Source: Nitrospirota bacterium (GTDB lineage: Bacteria > Nitrospirota > UBA9217). Taken from it: a stretch of 64,000 bases of DNA. A program made the position numbers and the translations under genes. The stretch is taken from the NCBI GenBank assembly GCA_029858565.1, contig JAOUEV010000010.1:1-64000 (forward strand), read 5' to 3'. Below the pieces are notes generated by a model that was not told the origin of the DNA, did not search any database, and was given only the letters and a program-made list of their open reading frames with translations. Positions 1 to 10,542 of this stretch are shown one piece after another. Position 1 is the first letter of the stretch; each line of letters opens with the position of its first letter.

Positions 1-210
1 GCTGGACAGGACCTCGGCCTTGATCTCGGTCTTCCCCAACTCCGCGATCCGGGAGCGGTATTCCGTGCCCCTGCCGTCGCACAGCAGCAGCTCGTCGCCG
101 GTCTTCATGCGCAGCACCGCGGCGATATGGCGCACATCCTCGTCAGTGACCGTGATGACGGCCCCGTTCACCTGCGATGGCGCAATGAAGAACCTGGGCA
201 ATCGTGCCAT
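1..210 (-). CDS. rsmE: 16S rRNA m3U1498 methyltransferase RsmE, N-terminal part (runs off the window)
   Basis: Hand translation MARLPRFFIAPSQVNGAVITVTDEDVRHIAAVLRMKTGDELLLCDGRGTEY... has the typical RsmE N-terminus (PRFF...H...VLR..G...DG.G). Confidence 0.85.
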   Translation of the reverse strand, partial: MARLPRFFIAPSQVNGAVITVTDEDVRHIAAVLRMKTGDELLLCDGRGTEYRSRIAELGKTEIKAEVLSS

Positions 211-247
211 AGACCTGCTCCGCTCTCCCCGAACAGCGCTTTCGGGG

Positions 248-276
248 TTGACACCTTTCCTTGAACACGCTAATAT
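248..276 (+). promoter_or_regulatory. sigma70-type promoter of the rubrerythrin-like gene
   Basis: TTGACA-17 nt-TAATAT. Confidence 0.6.
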
Positions 277-334
277 CTACCTCGGGTTCGTGAACAGCAT
301 GATAACATAATTTTCCTGGCAAAGGGAGAGTTCC

Positions 335-802
335 ATGAACAAGTACAATGTCAACGAAGTCCTGGAAATGGCCGTGCAGACCGAGAGGATCGGGTACCAG
401 TTCTACACCTCCATGGCAAAGAAGTTCGAGAAGGACGCTGAACTGACCAAGCTCTTCAGCCAGCTCGCGTCAAAAGAGCAGAATCACGAGAAGACCTTCA
501 CGGACCTCAAGAACATGGTGGCCAAGTCGGGATCGGAACCGGTGGAGTGGGACGAGGTGTCGAACTACATGCGGGCCTTTGTTGAATCGGAATTCTTCCT
601 TGGCAAGGGCAAGTCCCTGCCGTCCATGGACCATATCAAGACCGTGAAGGACGCGGTCAAGTTCGCCATGGGCTTTGAAAAGGAAACCCTCCTCTACTTC
701 CTGGCCCTCCGCGGGGTGGTGAAGGAAAAAGAGATCGTCGATGAGGTGATCAACGAGGAAAAGAGCCACATCATGTGGCTGGCCGCTTTCAAGACAGCAT
801 AG
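335..802 (+). CDS. Ferritin-like/rubrerythrin-family di-iron protein
   Basis: Two E..G..FY / E..H repeats (ERIGYQFY...EQNH; EKETLLYF...EEKSH); SD gggag. Confidence 0.85.
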   Translation: MNKYNVNEVLEMAVQTERIGYQFYTSMAKKFEKDAELTKLFSQLASKEQNHEKTFTDLKNMVAKSGSEPVEWDEVSNYMRAFVESEFFLGKGKSLPSMDHIKTVKDAVKFAMGFEKETLLYFLALRGVVKEKEIVDEVINEEKSHIMWLAAFKTA

Positions 803-832
803 TGTCCCTCTCTGCTGGCGCCATGAAAACCG

Positions 833-860
833 AAAAGCCCGGAGCGATCCGGGCTTTTTT
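833..860. terminator. Bidirectional rho-independent terminator
   Basis: aaaagcccgga-gcga-tccgggctttttt between convergent genes. Confidence 0.8.
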
Positions 861-929
861 GCTAAAGCGATAAGCACTAGAGCTGTCAGCAAGCCAAACA
901 TCGGTTACCCCGTGCCGTCGTCGGCTTTC

Positions 930-1679
930 TCACTTCGCCGTTCGCGCTTGATCCTGCGATCGCTTACCCCTTACCACTTTATCACTTACCCCTGACTTCA
1001 GGAGTTCCCCCACGGTCACCAGTTCGAATCCCCGCTTCCGCAGACCGCTTATGACACCGGGCAGCACCTCGGCGGTATGCACGCCGTTCCGGTTCATGTG
1101 GAACACCACGATGCTGCCGCCTTTGGCGTCCTCCACCACGGCGCGGGCGATCTTCTTCGGCGTGAGCCCGGGGTCGGGGTCCCCTGAAGCGACATCGTAC
1201 TGGATCACCGTCAATCCAGCCCGCGCAGCAAGCTTCGCCACCCGCTCATCCACCTCGCCAAAGGGCGGCCGGAAATATTTCGGCCTTTTTCCCGTGAGTT
1301 TCCTGATGATGGCCTGTGTGCCCCTGAGCTCCCGCAGCACCCGTTCGTCGTCCTTCGCGGTCATATGCGGATGCCAGTAGGCGTGATTGCCGATCTCGAA
1401 CAGGGGCTGCGCCGCCAGTTCCCGCGCCCGCTCCTCGTTCTTTTCCACCCACCTGCCGCTCATGAAGAGCGTGGCATGGACCTTTTCCCGCGTCAGCACC
1501 TCGACCACCTGTTGGTCGTATTCATCATGATGGCTGGTCGGGCAGGCGTCAAAGGTCAGCGCGACCTTCTTCACGTCCCGGGGACCGTGCTCGATGATGA
1601 GGGGGGTATTCTCCGCAAAGGCGGGAACTGCGGGGAACGAGATGCAAAGAAGCGAAAGAACGATCTTGCGAATGCACAT
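930..1679 (-). CDS. Secreted polysaccharide deacetylase (NodB/CE4)
   Basis: Signal peptide; ALTFDA, IGNHAYWH, FRPPFG and IVVFH motifs. Confidence 0.9.
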   Translation of the reverse strand: MCIRKIVLSLLCISFPAVPAFAENTPLIIEHGPRDVKKVALTFDACPTSHHDEYDQQVVEVLTREKVHATLFMSGRWVEKNEERARELAAQPLFEIGNHAYWHPHMTAKDDERVLRELRGTQAIIRKLTGKRPKYFRPPFGEVDERVAKLAARAGLTVIQYDVASGDPDPGLTPKKIARAVVEDAKGGSIVVFHMNRNGVHTAEVLPGVISGLRKRGFELVTVGELLKSGVSDKVVRGKRSQDQARTAK

Positions 1680-1727
1680 GGACCATTATAACAAAAGGAC
1701 AGAGGAAAAAGAAATTCTTTGTGTTTT

Positions 1728-1945
1728 ACCACGGAGTCACAGAGACCACGGAGTGGGTCTTGGGACAGACCAGAGAATGCTTCAGAGGATCCTTGCGCAA
1801 GCAGTACAACCAGATCGTATTGATCGAACCACAAATCGAGACCGGTCTGATGGGAAGCCCTCACTGACAATATCAGCCAGCGGGCATGCCCGGCAACTGT
1901 CCATGATCTCATCTGCTAATCTCCGTGGCTCCGTGCCTCCGTGGT
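1728..1945. repeat. Intergenic inverted-repeat element with ~9-nt periodic arms
   Basis: Left arm accacggagtcacagagaccacggag (1728-1753); right arm ctccgtggctccgtgcctccgtggt (1921-1945). Confidence 0.75.
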
Positions 1946-2011
1946 TAATGTCTTTTTCAATACCGTCTCCTTCCTCTTTCCTATTCCCCCAGAACCCTTT
2001 ATAATGCTTTC

Positions 2012-3001
2012 GTGAACATCCGGGCATATCTCCAGTCCAATCCACTGGTCCTTGCACCCATGGCGGGTATCACGGACCTGCCTTTCCGCGTCATCTGCCG
2101 CGAGATGGGCGCGGGCATCGTGTACTCGGAAATGGTGAGCGCCGAGGCGCTCATCCGCGACCAGAAGCGAACCCTGACCCTGCTGGCCACGGAGCCGCGG
2201 GAACGGCCTGTGGCCTTCCAGATCTTCGGTTCCCGTCCCGCGTCCATGGCCGAGGCGGCCCGGATCCTTTCTGAACGGGATATCGACATCATCGACATCA
2301 ACATGGGCTGTCCGGTGCCCAAGGTGCTCAAGAGCGGCTCCGGATCGGCCCTGCTCAGGGCACCCGGGCTCGCACGGGAGATCATGGAAGCCGTGGTTAC
2401 GGCGTCCGCGAAACCCGTGACGGTCAAGATCCGCCTCGGATGGGACGCAAAGAACATCGTGGCCGAGGAACTTGCCCGGTCGGCCGAGCAAGCCGGCATC
2501 GCTGCGATCACGGTCCATGGCCGCACCCGGGTGCAGGGCTTCTCCGGCTCAGCCGACTGGAGCATGATCGGAAAGGTGAAGCGCTCGGTCGCCATCCCGG
2601 TGATCGGGAACGGCGATGTCCGCTCCGGCGCTGACGCGCGGCGGATGCTCGACGAGACCGGATGCGACGGTGTCATGATCGGCCGGGCCATCCAGGGCAA
2701 TCCCTGGATCTTCCGCGAAGCCGCCGCGTTTCTCCGGACCGGCGCCCCGTCCCCGCCGCCGTCGATCGAGGAGCGACGAACAGTGATGCTGCGCCATCTC
2801 AACGACGTTATTTCCCTGCTCAGCGAGAACGTCGGCGTCAGGGAGATGCGCAAGCACCTGTGCTGGTATACCAAGGGCCTGACCGGCGGCGCGGAGTTCC
2901 GCGAACGGGTCAACCACCTGGAGGCTTTGGACGCTGTCATCAGCGAGATCACTACCTTTTTCGAGGCCCAGGCGGTCCACCGGCCCGAGCCTGTTGTCTG
3001 A
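2012..3001 (+). CDS. dusB: tRNA-dihydrouridine synthase B
   Basis: LAPMAGITD, IDINMGCPVPKV, TVHGRT, IGNGDV, MRKHLCWY. Confidence 0.93.
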   Translation: MNIRAYLQSNPLVLAPMAGITDLPFRVICREMGAGIVYSEMVSAEALIRDQKRTLTLLATEPRERPVAFQIFGSRPASMAEAARILSERDIDIIDINMGCPVPKVLKSGSGSALLRAPGLAREIMEAVVTASAKPVTVKIRLGWDAKNIVAEELARSAEQAGIAAITVHGRTRVQGFSGSADWSMIGKVKRSVAIPVIGNGDVRSGADARRMLDETGCDGVMIGRAIQGNPWIFREAAAFLRTGAPSPPPSIEERRTVMLRHLNDVISLLSENVGVREMRKHLCWYTKGLTGGAEFRERVNHLEALDAVISEITTFFEAQAVHRPEPVV

Positions 3002-3086
3002 ACCGGTGTTTGGACTGGCTTTTCATCGGCAAGGCAGGTACAATTTTTACATAGATCATCCATGACCTGCACAGGAGGATGCCCGC

Positions 3087-3953
3087 ATGATCCATAGGAC
3101 CGCTGATCGTGTTATCCGCGTACTGATCCTGACCTGCCTGGCGCTGGGTATCGCGCTTGCCGCGATCGCGCAGGAGCCGCTCAAGCTCGGTGTCCATCCC
3201 TACCTTTCAGCGTCGGAAGTGGTCAAGCGCTACACGCCGCTGGCCGAGTATCTCGCCCGGGAGATCAAGCATCCAGTTTCGGTAGAAGTGTCAAGCACCT
3301 ATGGCAACCATATCCAGAAGATCGGCCAGGGCGCGCTTGATATTGCGTTCATGGGGCCGGGATCCTATGTCATCCTTACCAGCCAATACGGCAAACGCCC
3401 GATCCTGGCCGCGTTCCGGACCAAGGAAGGCAAGGTATTCCACGGCCACATCATGGTGCGCAAGGACAGCCCGATCACCACCCTGGGCCAGCTCAAGGGA
3501 AAGCGTTTCGTGTTCGGCGACCGGGATTCCACCATGAGCCATGTGGTACCGCGCCATCTGCTGCTCAAGAACGGCGTTGATGTCAAGCAGCTTGGCTCGG
3601 TCAGCTTCGTCGCGAACCACGATAACATCGCGCTCGGCATTCTCGCCGGCACCTTTGACGCGGGAGCGGTCAAGGAGGAGGTATTCCTGAATTACCAATC
3701 CCAGGGCCTGCGGTCACTAGCCCGGACGCAGCCGATCATGGACCACATCTTCATCGCCCGGACAGGACTGCCAAAGGACCTTGTGCAGGCGCTCGGCAAG
3801 GCACTCATCCATATTACCGACACGGCAGAGGGGAAGAAGATCCTGTTCGACATACGCAGCGACGTCGTCTCCCTTGTCCCCGGCGATGACCGGGACTTCG
3901 ACAATCTCCGCGCCATCGTAAGCGACCTGGAAAAGGCGGGCGTAGACCTATGA
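3087..3953 (+). CDS. PhnD-type periplasmic substrate-binding protein (probable sensor input for the adjacent kinase)
   Basis: Signal peptide; YTPLAEYL, GKRFVFGDRDSTMSHVVP, DAGAV motifs; 4-nt overlap with the kinase. Confidence 0.85.
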   Translation: MIHRTADRVIRVLILTCLALGIALAAIAQEPLKLGVHPYLSASEVVKRYTPLAEYLAREIKHPVSVEVSSTYGNHIQKIGQGALDIAFMGPGSYVILTSQYGKRPILAAFRTKEGKVFHGHIMVRKDSPITTLGQLKGKRFVFGDRDSTMSHVVPRHLLLKNGVDVKQLGSVSFVANHDNIALGILAGTFDAGAVKEEVFLNYQSQGLRSLARTQPIMDHIFIARTGLPKDLVQALGKALIHITDTAEGKKILFDIRSDVVSLVPGDDRDFDNLRAIVSDLEKAGVDL

Positions 3954-6130
3954 CCCGCCGCCGGTACCGGGGGGCGCTCATCGCGTTCATCGTTGTCCTG
4001 TTCTGCTTCCTGCTTATCGAAGCGTCGCTCGTCGCCGTGCAGCAGGGCCGCCTGCTGACCGACATGACCCGCGACACGATCGAATCTGAGCTCGATCTCA
4101 TGTCCGATGCCTTCTACGAATCCCTGCTCAAAGCCGATTACATCACCATTCGCACCTTCATCCAGCGTTGGGGAGAATCGCACGACGAATTGGTCCTGAT
4201 CCGCGCGCTTTCGCCGAACGGCTTTGTGGTCGGCGAGTTCAGAAGGCCGCCGTCCGGGAACGCCCGCACCTATTCTCTGACCAGGACGCTACGCCATGAG
4301 GGCATGCCGCTCTTGACCCTCGAGCTGGTCGGCGACCACCGCGAGGCCGAGGCTGTCGTGGCCAAGCTCCGGACACGCCTCTTTGCCGGCGCGGTCCTCT
4401 TCACCGCGGTGCTGGGAACGGTCCTGTGGTATTCCCAGCGCAGAATGGCGCTTATCCCGCTGGAGCAGGAGATCGCGCTCCGGCAACAGGCGGAAAAGCG
4501 CCTTCAGGAGGCTCACGATGCGCTGGAAACAAAGGTCCGCGAGCGGACCGCGGACCTGGAGCGCGAGCTTGAGGAGCGAAAACGCGTGGAGGCCGAGCTG
4601 GTGCGCAAAGAAGAACGGGTGCATCTGCTGCTGAACTCCACGGCCGAGGGCATCTACGGCATCGACACTAACGGCGGCTGCACCTTCTGCAATCCTTCCG
4701 GCCTGCGGATGCTCGCGTACGAGCGCGAGGCCGACGTCATCGGCAGGAACATGCATACCCTGATCCATCACAAACGGCCGGACGGCACACCTTATCCCGA
4801 GCAGGACTGCAAGATCTACCAGGCGTTCAGGACCACCCAGCCGTGCCATGTGGAGAACGAGGTCTTCTGGCGGTCCGACGGTTCCCGCGTTCCCGTGGAA
4901 TACTGGTCCTACCCCCTCTTTGAAAAAGGCGCCGTGATCGGCGCGGTCGTTACCTTCATCGACATATCCGCCCGGAAACGGCTTGAGACCCAGCTTGTCC
5001 AGTCCCAGAAGATGGAGGCCATCGGAACGCTGGCAGGCGGCGTTGCCCATGACTTCAACAACATCCTGACCGCGATCATCGGTTACGGGAGCATTCTTCA
5101 GCGCAAGATGGGCGACGAGGATCCCCTAAAGAAGAACGTCCATAATATCCTCGACTCGGCGCAGCGCGCAGCGCGGCTGACCAAGAGCCTTTTGACCTTC
5201 GGCAGGAAGCAGGTGATGGCTCCGCTGCCGGTCGACCTGAACTCGGTGGTGCGGCGGGTCGAGAAGCTGCTGGTGCCGCTGATCGGCGAGGATGTGGAGC
5301 TCCGGACGGACCTGTCCGAGGCCGACCTGGTCGTCAAGGCCGACGCCGGCCAGATCGAGCAGGTGCTCATGAACCTCGCGGCCAACGCGCGCGACGCCAT
5401 GCCCGGCGGCGGATGCTTTACTGTCCGGTCGGAGCAGACACTGCTCGATGATGAGCAGGCCCACTTGCACGGCGTTCCGGCTCCGGGTGCCTACGCGGTC
5501 CTCTCCGTGTCCGATACCGGCACAGGCATGGATGAGGAGACCCGGACCAAGATCTTCGAGCCTTTCTTCACGACCAAGGAGGTCGGCAAGGGCACCGGCC
5601 TCGGCCTGGCCATTGCCTACGGCATCATCAAGCAGCACAGCGGGATCATCACCGTGTACAGTGAGCAGGGAAAAGGATCGACCTTCAAGATCTACCTGCC
5701 CCTGCTGAACAAGGCCGCGTCAGCAGAGGAGCCCGTTGACAAGGAAGCCTTGTCCAGGGGCGGCACCGAGGTCATCCTGATCGCCGAGGACGACCAGGCG
5801 GTCCGCGAGCTGATGCGCTCCGTTCTCCGGGAAAGCGGCTACACCGTGATCGAATCGACGGACGGCGAGGAGGCGGTGCAGAACTTTACCGCGGACCAGG
5901 ACAGGATCAGACTGGTCATCCTGGACACCATCATGCCGAAAATGAACGGCAAGGAAGCCTATGAGGCAATCCGGCGGATCAAACCGGACATCAAGTCGCT
6001 CTTCATGAGCGGCTATACCGCGGACATCATCAGCAGGCAGGGACTGCTGAACCAGGGCTTCGATCTTATGCAGAAGCCCTTGTCTCCGGCGGAGCTGCTC
6101 GCGCGTGTGCGTAAGACCCTGGATACCTAG
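3950..6130 (+). CDS. Hybrid sensor histidine kinase (2 TM, PAS, HisKA, HATPase, REC)
   Basis: [12 protein letters not shown]-box, [30 protein letters not shown]; C-terminal receiver domain. Confidence 0.95.
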   Translation: MTRRRYRGALIAFIVVLFCFLLIEASLVAVQQGRLLTDMTRDTIESELDLMSDAFYESLLKADYITIRTFIQRWGESHDELVLIRALSPNGFVVGEFRRPPSGNARTYSLTRTLRHEGMPLLTLELVGDHREAEAVVAKLRTRLFAGAVLFTAVLGTVLWYSQRRMALIPLEQEIALRQQAEKRLQEAHDALETKVRERTADLERELEERKRVEAELVRKEERVHLLLNSTAEGIYGIDTNGGCTFCNPSGLRMLAYEREADVIGRNMHTLIHHKRPDGTPYPEQDCKIYQAFRTTQPCHVENEVFWRSDGSRVPVEYWSYPLFEKGAVIGAVVTFIDISARKRLETQLVQSQKMEAIGTLAGGVAHDFNNILTAIIGYGSILQRKMGDEDPLKKNVHNILDSAQRAARLTKSLLTFGRKQVMAPLPVDLNSVVRRVEKLLVPLIGEDVELRTDLSEADLVVKADAGQIEQVLMNLAANARDAMPGGGCFTVRSEQTLLDDEQAHLHGVPAPGAYAVLSVSDTGTGMDEETRTKIFEPFFTTKEVGKGTGLGLAIAYGIIKQHSGIITVYSEQGKGSTFKIYLPLLNKAASAEEPVDKEALSRGGTEVILIAEDDQAVRELMRSVLRESGYTVIESTDGEEAVQNFTADQDRIRLVILDTIMPKMNGKEAYEAIRRIKPDIKSLFMSGYTADIISRQGLLNQGFDLMQKPLSPAELLARVRKTLDT

Positions 6131-6146
6131 AGGCGGACCTCATACC

Positions 6147-6512
6147 ATGTCACCGAACAGGGAAGACAATAAATCTGAAAGCGACCTTATTGCCAATGCC
6201 CGCCGCGCCAGGGAACTGCGCGAGCAGGGCTACCGCGAACAGGCGTTGAAGCTCTTTCCTCCGGTCTGCGGAAGATGCAGCCGCGAATTCGAAGGGAAAA
6301 AGCTCAAGGAGCTCACGGTCCACCACAAGGACCATGACCACGACAACAACCCCCCCGACGGCAGCAACTGGGAACTGCTCTGCCTCTACTGCCACGACAA
6401 CGAACACCAGAAATACCTGCTCGAAGGTACCGCGGCCCCGGACAGCACGCCGACAACACCCGCTACGCATCAGCCCTTTGCCCGCCTTAAAGACCTTCTG
6501 AAGGACAAGTAG
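6147..6512 (+). CDS. yajD: YajD-family HNH nuclease-like protein
   Basis: GYREQALKLFP.VCGRCSREF...LTVHHKDHDHDNNPPDGSNWELLCLYCHDNEH. Confidence 0.88.
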   Translation: MSPNREDNKSESDLIANARRARELREQGYREQALKLFPPVCGRCSREFEGKKLKELTVHHKDHDHDNNPPDGSNWELLCLYCHDNEHQKYLLEGTAAPDSTPTTPATHQPFARLKDLLKDK

Positions 6513-6676
6513 TGATCGAATCCGGTCCCGGCTTGCAATAGCCGGGAAATTCTGATAAATTCGAGATGCTGTCGTTACCATGCGGCAACCGGTATTGATG
6601 CGGCTCGCGCCCGGAGGCGCCTGTTTATCCTGCGATATCAAGGCACTGCGGTTAATACCCGGAGAAAGGCACGATC

Positions 6677-7327
6677 ATGAAACCAATACTCTCGGAACAG
6701 GAACGTCAGCGCCTGGACAAACGCGTTGCCGAAGTGGAAGCACGCACAGGCACGCAGATCGTCCTGGCCTTTGTCAGCAGGAGCGACGTGTACGCGGAGC
6801 TGCCCTGGAAGGCTTTCGCCCTGGGAGCCGGCCTTGCGGGACTGGCGACCACGCTGCTCGACCTGCTGCGTCCCGCGTGGTCCTCTTCCCACACGATCCT
6901 GCTCACCACCACGGCGATCCTGGCGTCCGGAGCAGCCTGTTCGCTCCTCTGCACGACGGTCCCCGGTTTCGCCCGTATCTTTCTTGACGGCTTTCGCGCG
7001 GAAACCGAAGTGCGGCAGTACGCCGAGTCGCTCTTCCTGTCCCGTCAGGTGTTCGCAACGGAACAACGCAGGGGGGTCCTGCTGCTCGTCAGCCTTTTCG
7101 AGCACAAGGCTGTGCTGCTTCCCGATTCCGGCCTGAAGGAACGGCTTTCCCCTGATGCGCAGAAGAATGTCCTGGCGCGCCTTACCGCACGCATTGCGGA
7201 CGGCAATATTGCCGCCGCCCTTGAACAGGGCCTCATCGGCCTGGAAGAGGTCATGGGCGCGGGTCCCGCGGGAGCAGCAGGAAAGAACGAACTGCCGGAC
7301 AGCGTTGTTGAAGAGGAGGGAGTATGA
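6677..7327 (+). CDS. TPM-domain membrane protein
   Basis: VAEVEARTGTQIV, two TM segments, GVLLLVSLFEH...DSG, NELPD. Confidence 0.8.
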   Translation: MKPILSEQERQRLDKRVAEVEARTGTQIVLAFVSRSDVYAELPWKAFALGAGLAGLATTLLDLLRPAWSSSHTILLTTTAILASGAACSLLCTTVPGFARIFLDGFRAETEVRQYAESLFLSRQVFATEQRRGVLLLVSLFEHKAVLLPDSGLKERLSPDAQKNVLARLTARIADGNIAAALEQGLIGLEEVMGAGPAGAAGKNELPDSVVEEEGV

Positions 7328-8286
7328 AAGCCGTCATCCGTACCGCGCTCGTGGCGCTGACCGTGCTCGTGACCGCGGCAAGTGCCGCGGATGTTCCCTA
7401 TCTCGCCGGCCGCGTCACCGACAATGCCGAGATCCTGTCCGAGGCGGTCCGGCAGTCCGTGACCGAAAAGCTCAAGGCCCATGAAGACAAGACCAACAAC
7501 CAGGTCGCCGTGCTCACCGTGCCATCGCTCGGGGGCGAGAGCATTGAGGACTACGCTGTCGCGGTCTTCGAATCCTGGAAGCTCGGACAGAAGGGCAAGG
7601 ACAACGGCGTGCTCATCATTGTCGCGCCGCAGGACCGCCGCATGCGTATCGAGGTGGGCTTTGGTCTCGAAGGGACGCTCACGGACCTTATCGCGGGAAG
7701 GATCATCCGCAACAGCATGACTCCCCGCTTCAAGGCGGGTGACTATAGCGGCGGGATCGAAGCGGGTGTTGACGCGGTGATCGCGGTCCTGGAGGGCGGC
7801 GCCGCGCTGGAAGGATCGGAAGACGGGGCAGCGGATAAAGAGGCCTCGGGCTTCAGCATTAACGCGCCCGACATGCCGATCACCGAGCGCATCCTGATCG
7901 GCGCATTCATCTTCGGGATCATCGGCCTGTTCACGGTCATCGGCATCCTGACGCCCGGCACCGGCTGGTTCCTTTACTTCTTCCTGATCCCTTTCTGGGC
8001 CATGTTCCCCATCGTCGTGGTCGGCAGCAAAGGCGCGCTCATCATGCTGATCACCTACCTGGTCCTGTTCCCCCTCATCAAGCTCAGCCTCAGGAGTTCC
8101 GAGTGGTACAAAAAGGCGGGCAGTGACCTGCGCACCAAGGGCCGCGCCAGCATCGGCGGGTTCACGTTCCTGTCCGGCGGCGGGGGCGGCGGCGGATGGA
8201 GCTCGGGCGGGGGGTTCTCAAGCGGCGGCGGATTCTCCGGTGGGGGCGGGTCCTCGGGCGGGGGCGGTTCTTCGGGAAGCTGGTAG
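7324..8286 (+). CDS. YgcG-family TPM-domain protein with Gly-rich tail
   Basis: GRVTDNAEIL, WKLGQKGKDNGVL, RIEVGFGLEG; C-terminal GGGGSSGGGGSSGSW. Confidence 0.9.
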   Translation: MKAVIRTALVALTVLVTAASAADVPYLAGRVTDNAEILSEAVRQSVTEKLKAHEDKTNNQVAVLTVPSLGGESIEDYAVAVFESWKLGQKGKDNGVLIIVAPQDRRMRIEVGFGLEGTLTDLIAGRIIRNSMTPRFKAGDYSGGIEAGVDAVIAVLEGGAALEGSEDGAADKEASGFSINAPDMPITERILIGAFIFGIIGLFTVIGILTPGTGWFLYFFLIPFWAMFPIVVVGSKGALIMLITYLVLFPLIKLSLRSSEWYKKAGSDLRTKGRASIGGFTFLSGGGGGGGWSSGGGFSSGGGFSGGGGSSGGGGSSGSW

Positions 8287-8299
8287 GGAAGGAAACTGC

Positions 8300-10195
8300 C
8301 TACCCCTTCAGCGCTTCCAGCTCCTCCCAGCGCTTGTACGCGGCTGCCAGTTCCTTCTCGACATTTTCCAGACGCGTTGTGGTCGATGCTACCTTGTTCC
8401 CGCTCTCGCGGTAGAAATTGGGATCAGCCATGGTCGCGTGCAGCTTCTCCACTTCCGCTTCCATCTCTTCCAGCCGCTTCGGAAGTTCGTCGAGCTCCTT
8501 CTGCTCCTTGAAGGACAGCTTGCGCTGCTTTCCTGCTGAAGGACGGGGCTGTTCCTTCTTCTCCTCAACCTTGGCCGGGGCCGGCTGCGCTTCCTTCAGC
8601 TTCCTGCTCTGGCGCAGCCAGTCGTCGTACCCGCCAACATATTCGTTCACCGTGCCTTCGCCTTCGAGCACCAGCGTGCTCGTGACCACATTGTTGATAA
8701 AGGCGCGGTCGTGGCTCACGAGCAACACCGTGCCCTGGTACTCCATCAGGAGCTCTTCGAGAAGGTCCAGGGTCTCGATGTCCAAATCGTTCGTGGGCTC
8801 ATCCAGCACCAGCACGTTCGATGGCTGGGTGAACAGCTTTGCCAGGAGCAGCCGGTTCCGCTCTCCGCCGGAAAGCACCTTCACCGGACTCCTGGCGCGC
8901 GCAGGGGCGAACAGGAAATCCTGCAGATAGCCGATCACATGGCGGTTGTTACCGTTGATCGTCACGTAATCGCTGCCGTAGGCCACGTTCTGCTGCACGG
9001 TCTTCTCGTCGTCCAACTGGGCCCGGTGCTGGTCCAGGTAGGCGACCTCGATGTTCGTGCCGCGCTTGATCTTTCCCTGCTGCGGCTTCAAATTCCCGAG
9101 CAGCAGCTTTAACAGCGTCGTCTTTCCCGATCCGTTCGGACCGATGATGCCGATCTTGTCCCCCCGGATGATGGTCGTGGACAAGCCGCTGATCACGGTC
9201 TTGTTGTCATAGCCATAGCTCACATCCTCTGCTTCGAGCACCAGCTTGCCCGTGCGCTCGGCCTCCTGCACCTGGATGTTGGCGCCGCCGATCCGTTCGC
9301 GCCGCTCGTTCCTGATCCGGCGCAGCTCCTGGAGAGCGCGCACGCGGCCTTCGTTCCGGGTCCTGCGCGCCTTGACGCCCTGCCGGATCCAGACCTCCTC
9401 GGCGGCCAGCTTCTTGTCGAACTTGGCGTTCTCAGTTGCTTCAGCTTCCAGGGCAGCCTGCTTCAGCTCGAGATAGGCGCGGTAGCTCCCGGGCCAGCTT
9501 GTGAGCCTGCCCCGGTCGAGATCGATGATCCGCGTGGCCAGCTTCTGGAGCAGCGCCCGGTCATGGGTCACGAACAGCAATGTCCCGCCGTAAGAGAGCA
9601 GGAACTCCTCAAGCCAGGCGATCGAAACAATGTCCAGGTGGTTCGTGGGCTCGTCGAGCAGCAGCAGGTCCGGTCCCCCGGCCAACGCCCTGGCAAGCAG
9701 AACGCGTCGCTTGAGCCCGCCGGAAAGTTCGGAGAACTCGGCATCCTCGGGCAGCTGCAAGCGCGTCAGGATCTCGTCCACCTTCTGCTGCATCTGCCAG
9801 CCGCCTGCAGCTTCAAAGCGATGCTGCACATCCTCGAGCTCGGCCATGAGCTTGTCGCTGTGATCATGGGCCAGCTTCGCGCTCACGTGATGATAGTCCG
9901 CAAGGAGCTTGCCTTGCTCGCCGAACGCCCCGGCGACAACGTCGAACACGCTGCCCGTGATGTTCTGCGGCACTTCCTGGGTCAGGAGCGTCGTGCGCAG
10001 ACCCTGCTGGAACACGACCATGCCGCTGTCGGGCTTGATCTCGCCGGTGATGACCCGCATGATCGTGGACTTGCCGGTGCCGTTCCTGCCGACCAGGCAG
10101 ACCCGCTCGCCGGGCTCGATCTGGAGATCCACTCCTTCGAGCAAAAGCGGTCCGCCGAAACCGACGGTGATGTTCTGGAGACTGATAAGCGGCAT
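8300..10195 (-). CDS. uup: ABC-F family ATPase, Uup-like
   Basis: Two ABC domains; EEVWIRQGVKARRTRNEGRVRAL linker; C-terminal KLSFKEQKEL coiled coil. Confidence 0.9.
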   Translation of the reverse strand: MPLISLQNITVGFGGPLLLEGVDLQIEPGERVCLVGRNGTGKSTIMRVITGEIKPDSGMVVFQQGLRTTLLTQEVPQNITGSVFDVVAGAFGEQGKLLADYHHVSAKLAHDHSDKLMAELEDVQHRFEAAGGWQMQQKVDEILTRLQLPEDAEFSELSGGLKRRVLLARALAGGPDLLLLDEPTNHLDIVSIAWLEEFLLSYGGTLLFVTHDRALLQKLATRIIDLDRGRLTSWPGSYRAYLELKQAALEAEATENAKFDKKLAAEEVWIRQGVKARRTRNEGRVRALQELRRIRNERRERIGGANIQVQEAERTGKLVLEAEDVSYGYDNKTVISGLSTTIIRGDKIGIIGPNGSGKTTLLKLLLGNLKPQQGKIKRGTNIEVAYLDQHRAQLDDEKTVQQNVAYGSDYVTINGNNRHVIGYLQDFLFAPARARSPVKVLSGGERNRLLLAKLFTQPSNVLVLDEPTNDLDIETLDLLEELLMEYQGTVLLVSHDRAFINNVVTSTLVLEGEGTVNEYVGGYDDWLRQSRKLKEAQPAPAKVEEKKEQPRPSAGKQRKLSFKEQKELDELPKRLEEMEAEVEKLHATMADPNFYRESGNKVASTTTRLENVEKELAAAYKRWEELEALKG

Positions 10196-10277
10196 GAATG
10201 ATCCTTACACAACAATATTGATGAGACTGATTATCGCTACGAGTTCAATTAGAATCAAAGGCAACTGCGAACATCTG

Positions 10278-10439
10278 TCTCGCGCAAAGCCGCAAAGACG
10301 CCAAGAATACCGTCGAGGATCAAATAATAACACCGCAGTATTTCTCGGTAAACCGCCACAAAAGGAACCTATTTACTCTAAGCTGTGCCGTTTTCTTCAG
10401 ATGCGTTCTTACGTTGCGCCTTTGCGTCTTTGCGCGAGA
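10278..10439. repeat. TCTCGCGC-type palindromic intergenic element, copy 1
   Basis: tctcgcgcaaagccgcaaagacgccaag ... ttgcgcctttgcgtctttgcgcgaga. Confidence 0.8.
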
Positions 10440-10491
10440 TCGCATCGCCTTTGCAGTTATTTTTATGCTTGTTACAAAGATCAGGTGCAAT

Positions 10492-10523
10492 AAAAAAAGG
10501 GCTGACGGATTCATCAGCCCTTT
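10492..10523 (-). terminator. Rho-independent terminator after ahbD
   Basis: aaagggctga/tcagcccttt hairpin with a U-tract on the minus strand. Confidence 0.75.
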
Positions 10524-10542
10524 CGGAACCTGACGGACATAT

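Noticed and set aside
6147-6512. Mobile HNH homing endonuclease
   Set aside because: It matches the conserved chromosomal YajD family and has host-like composition.
6515-6676. Riboswitch upstream of the TPM genes
   Set aside because: No recognisable aptamer consensus or terminator; an Rfam/Infernal search would be needed.
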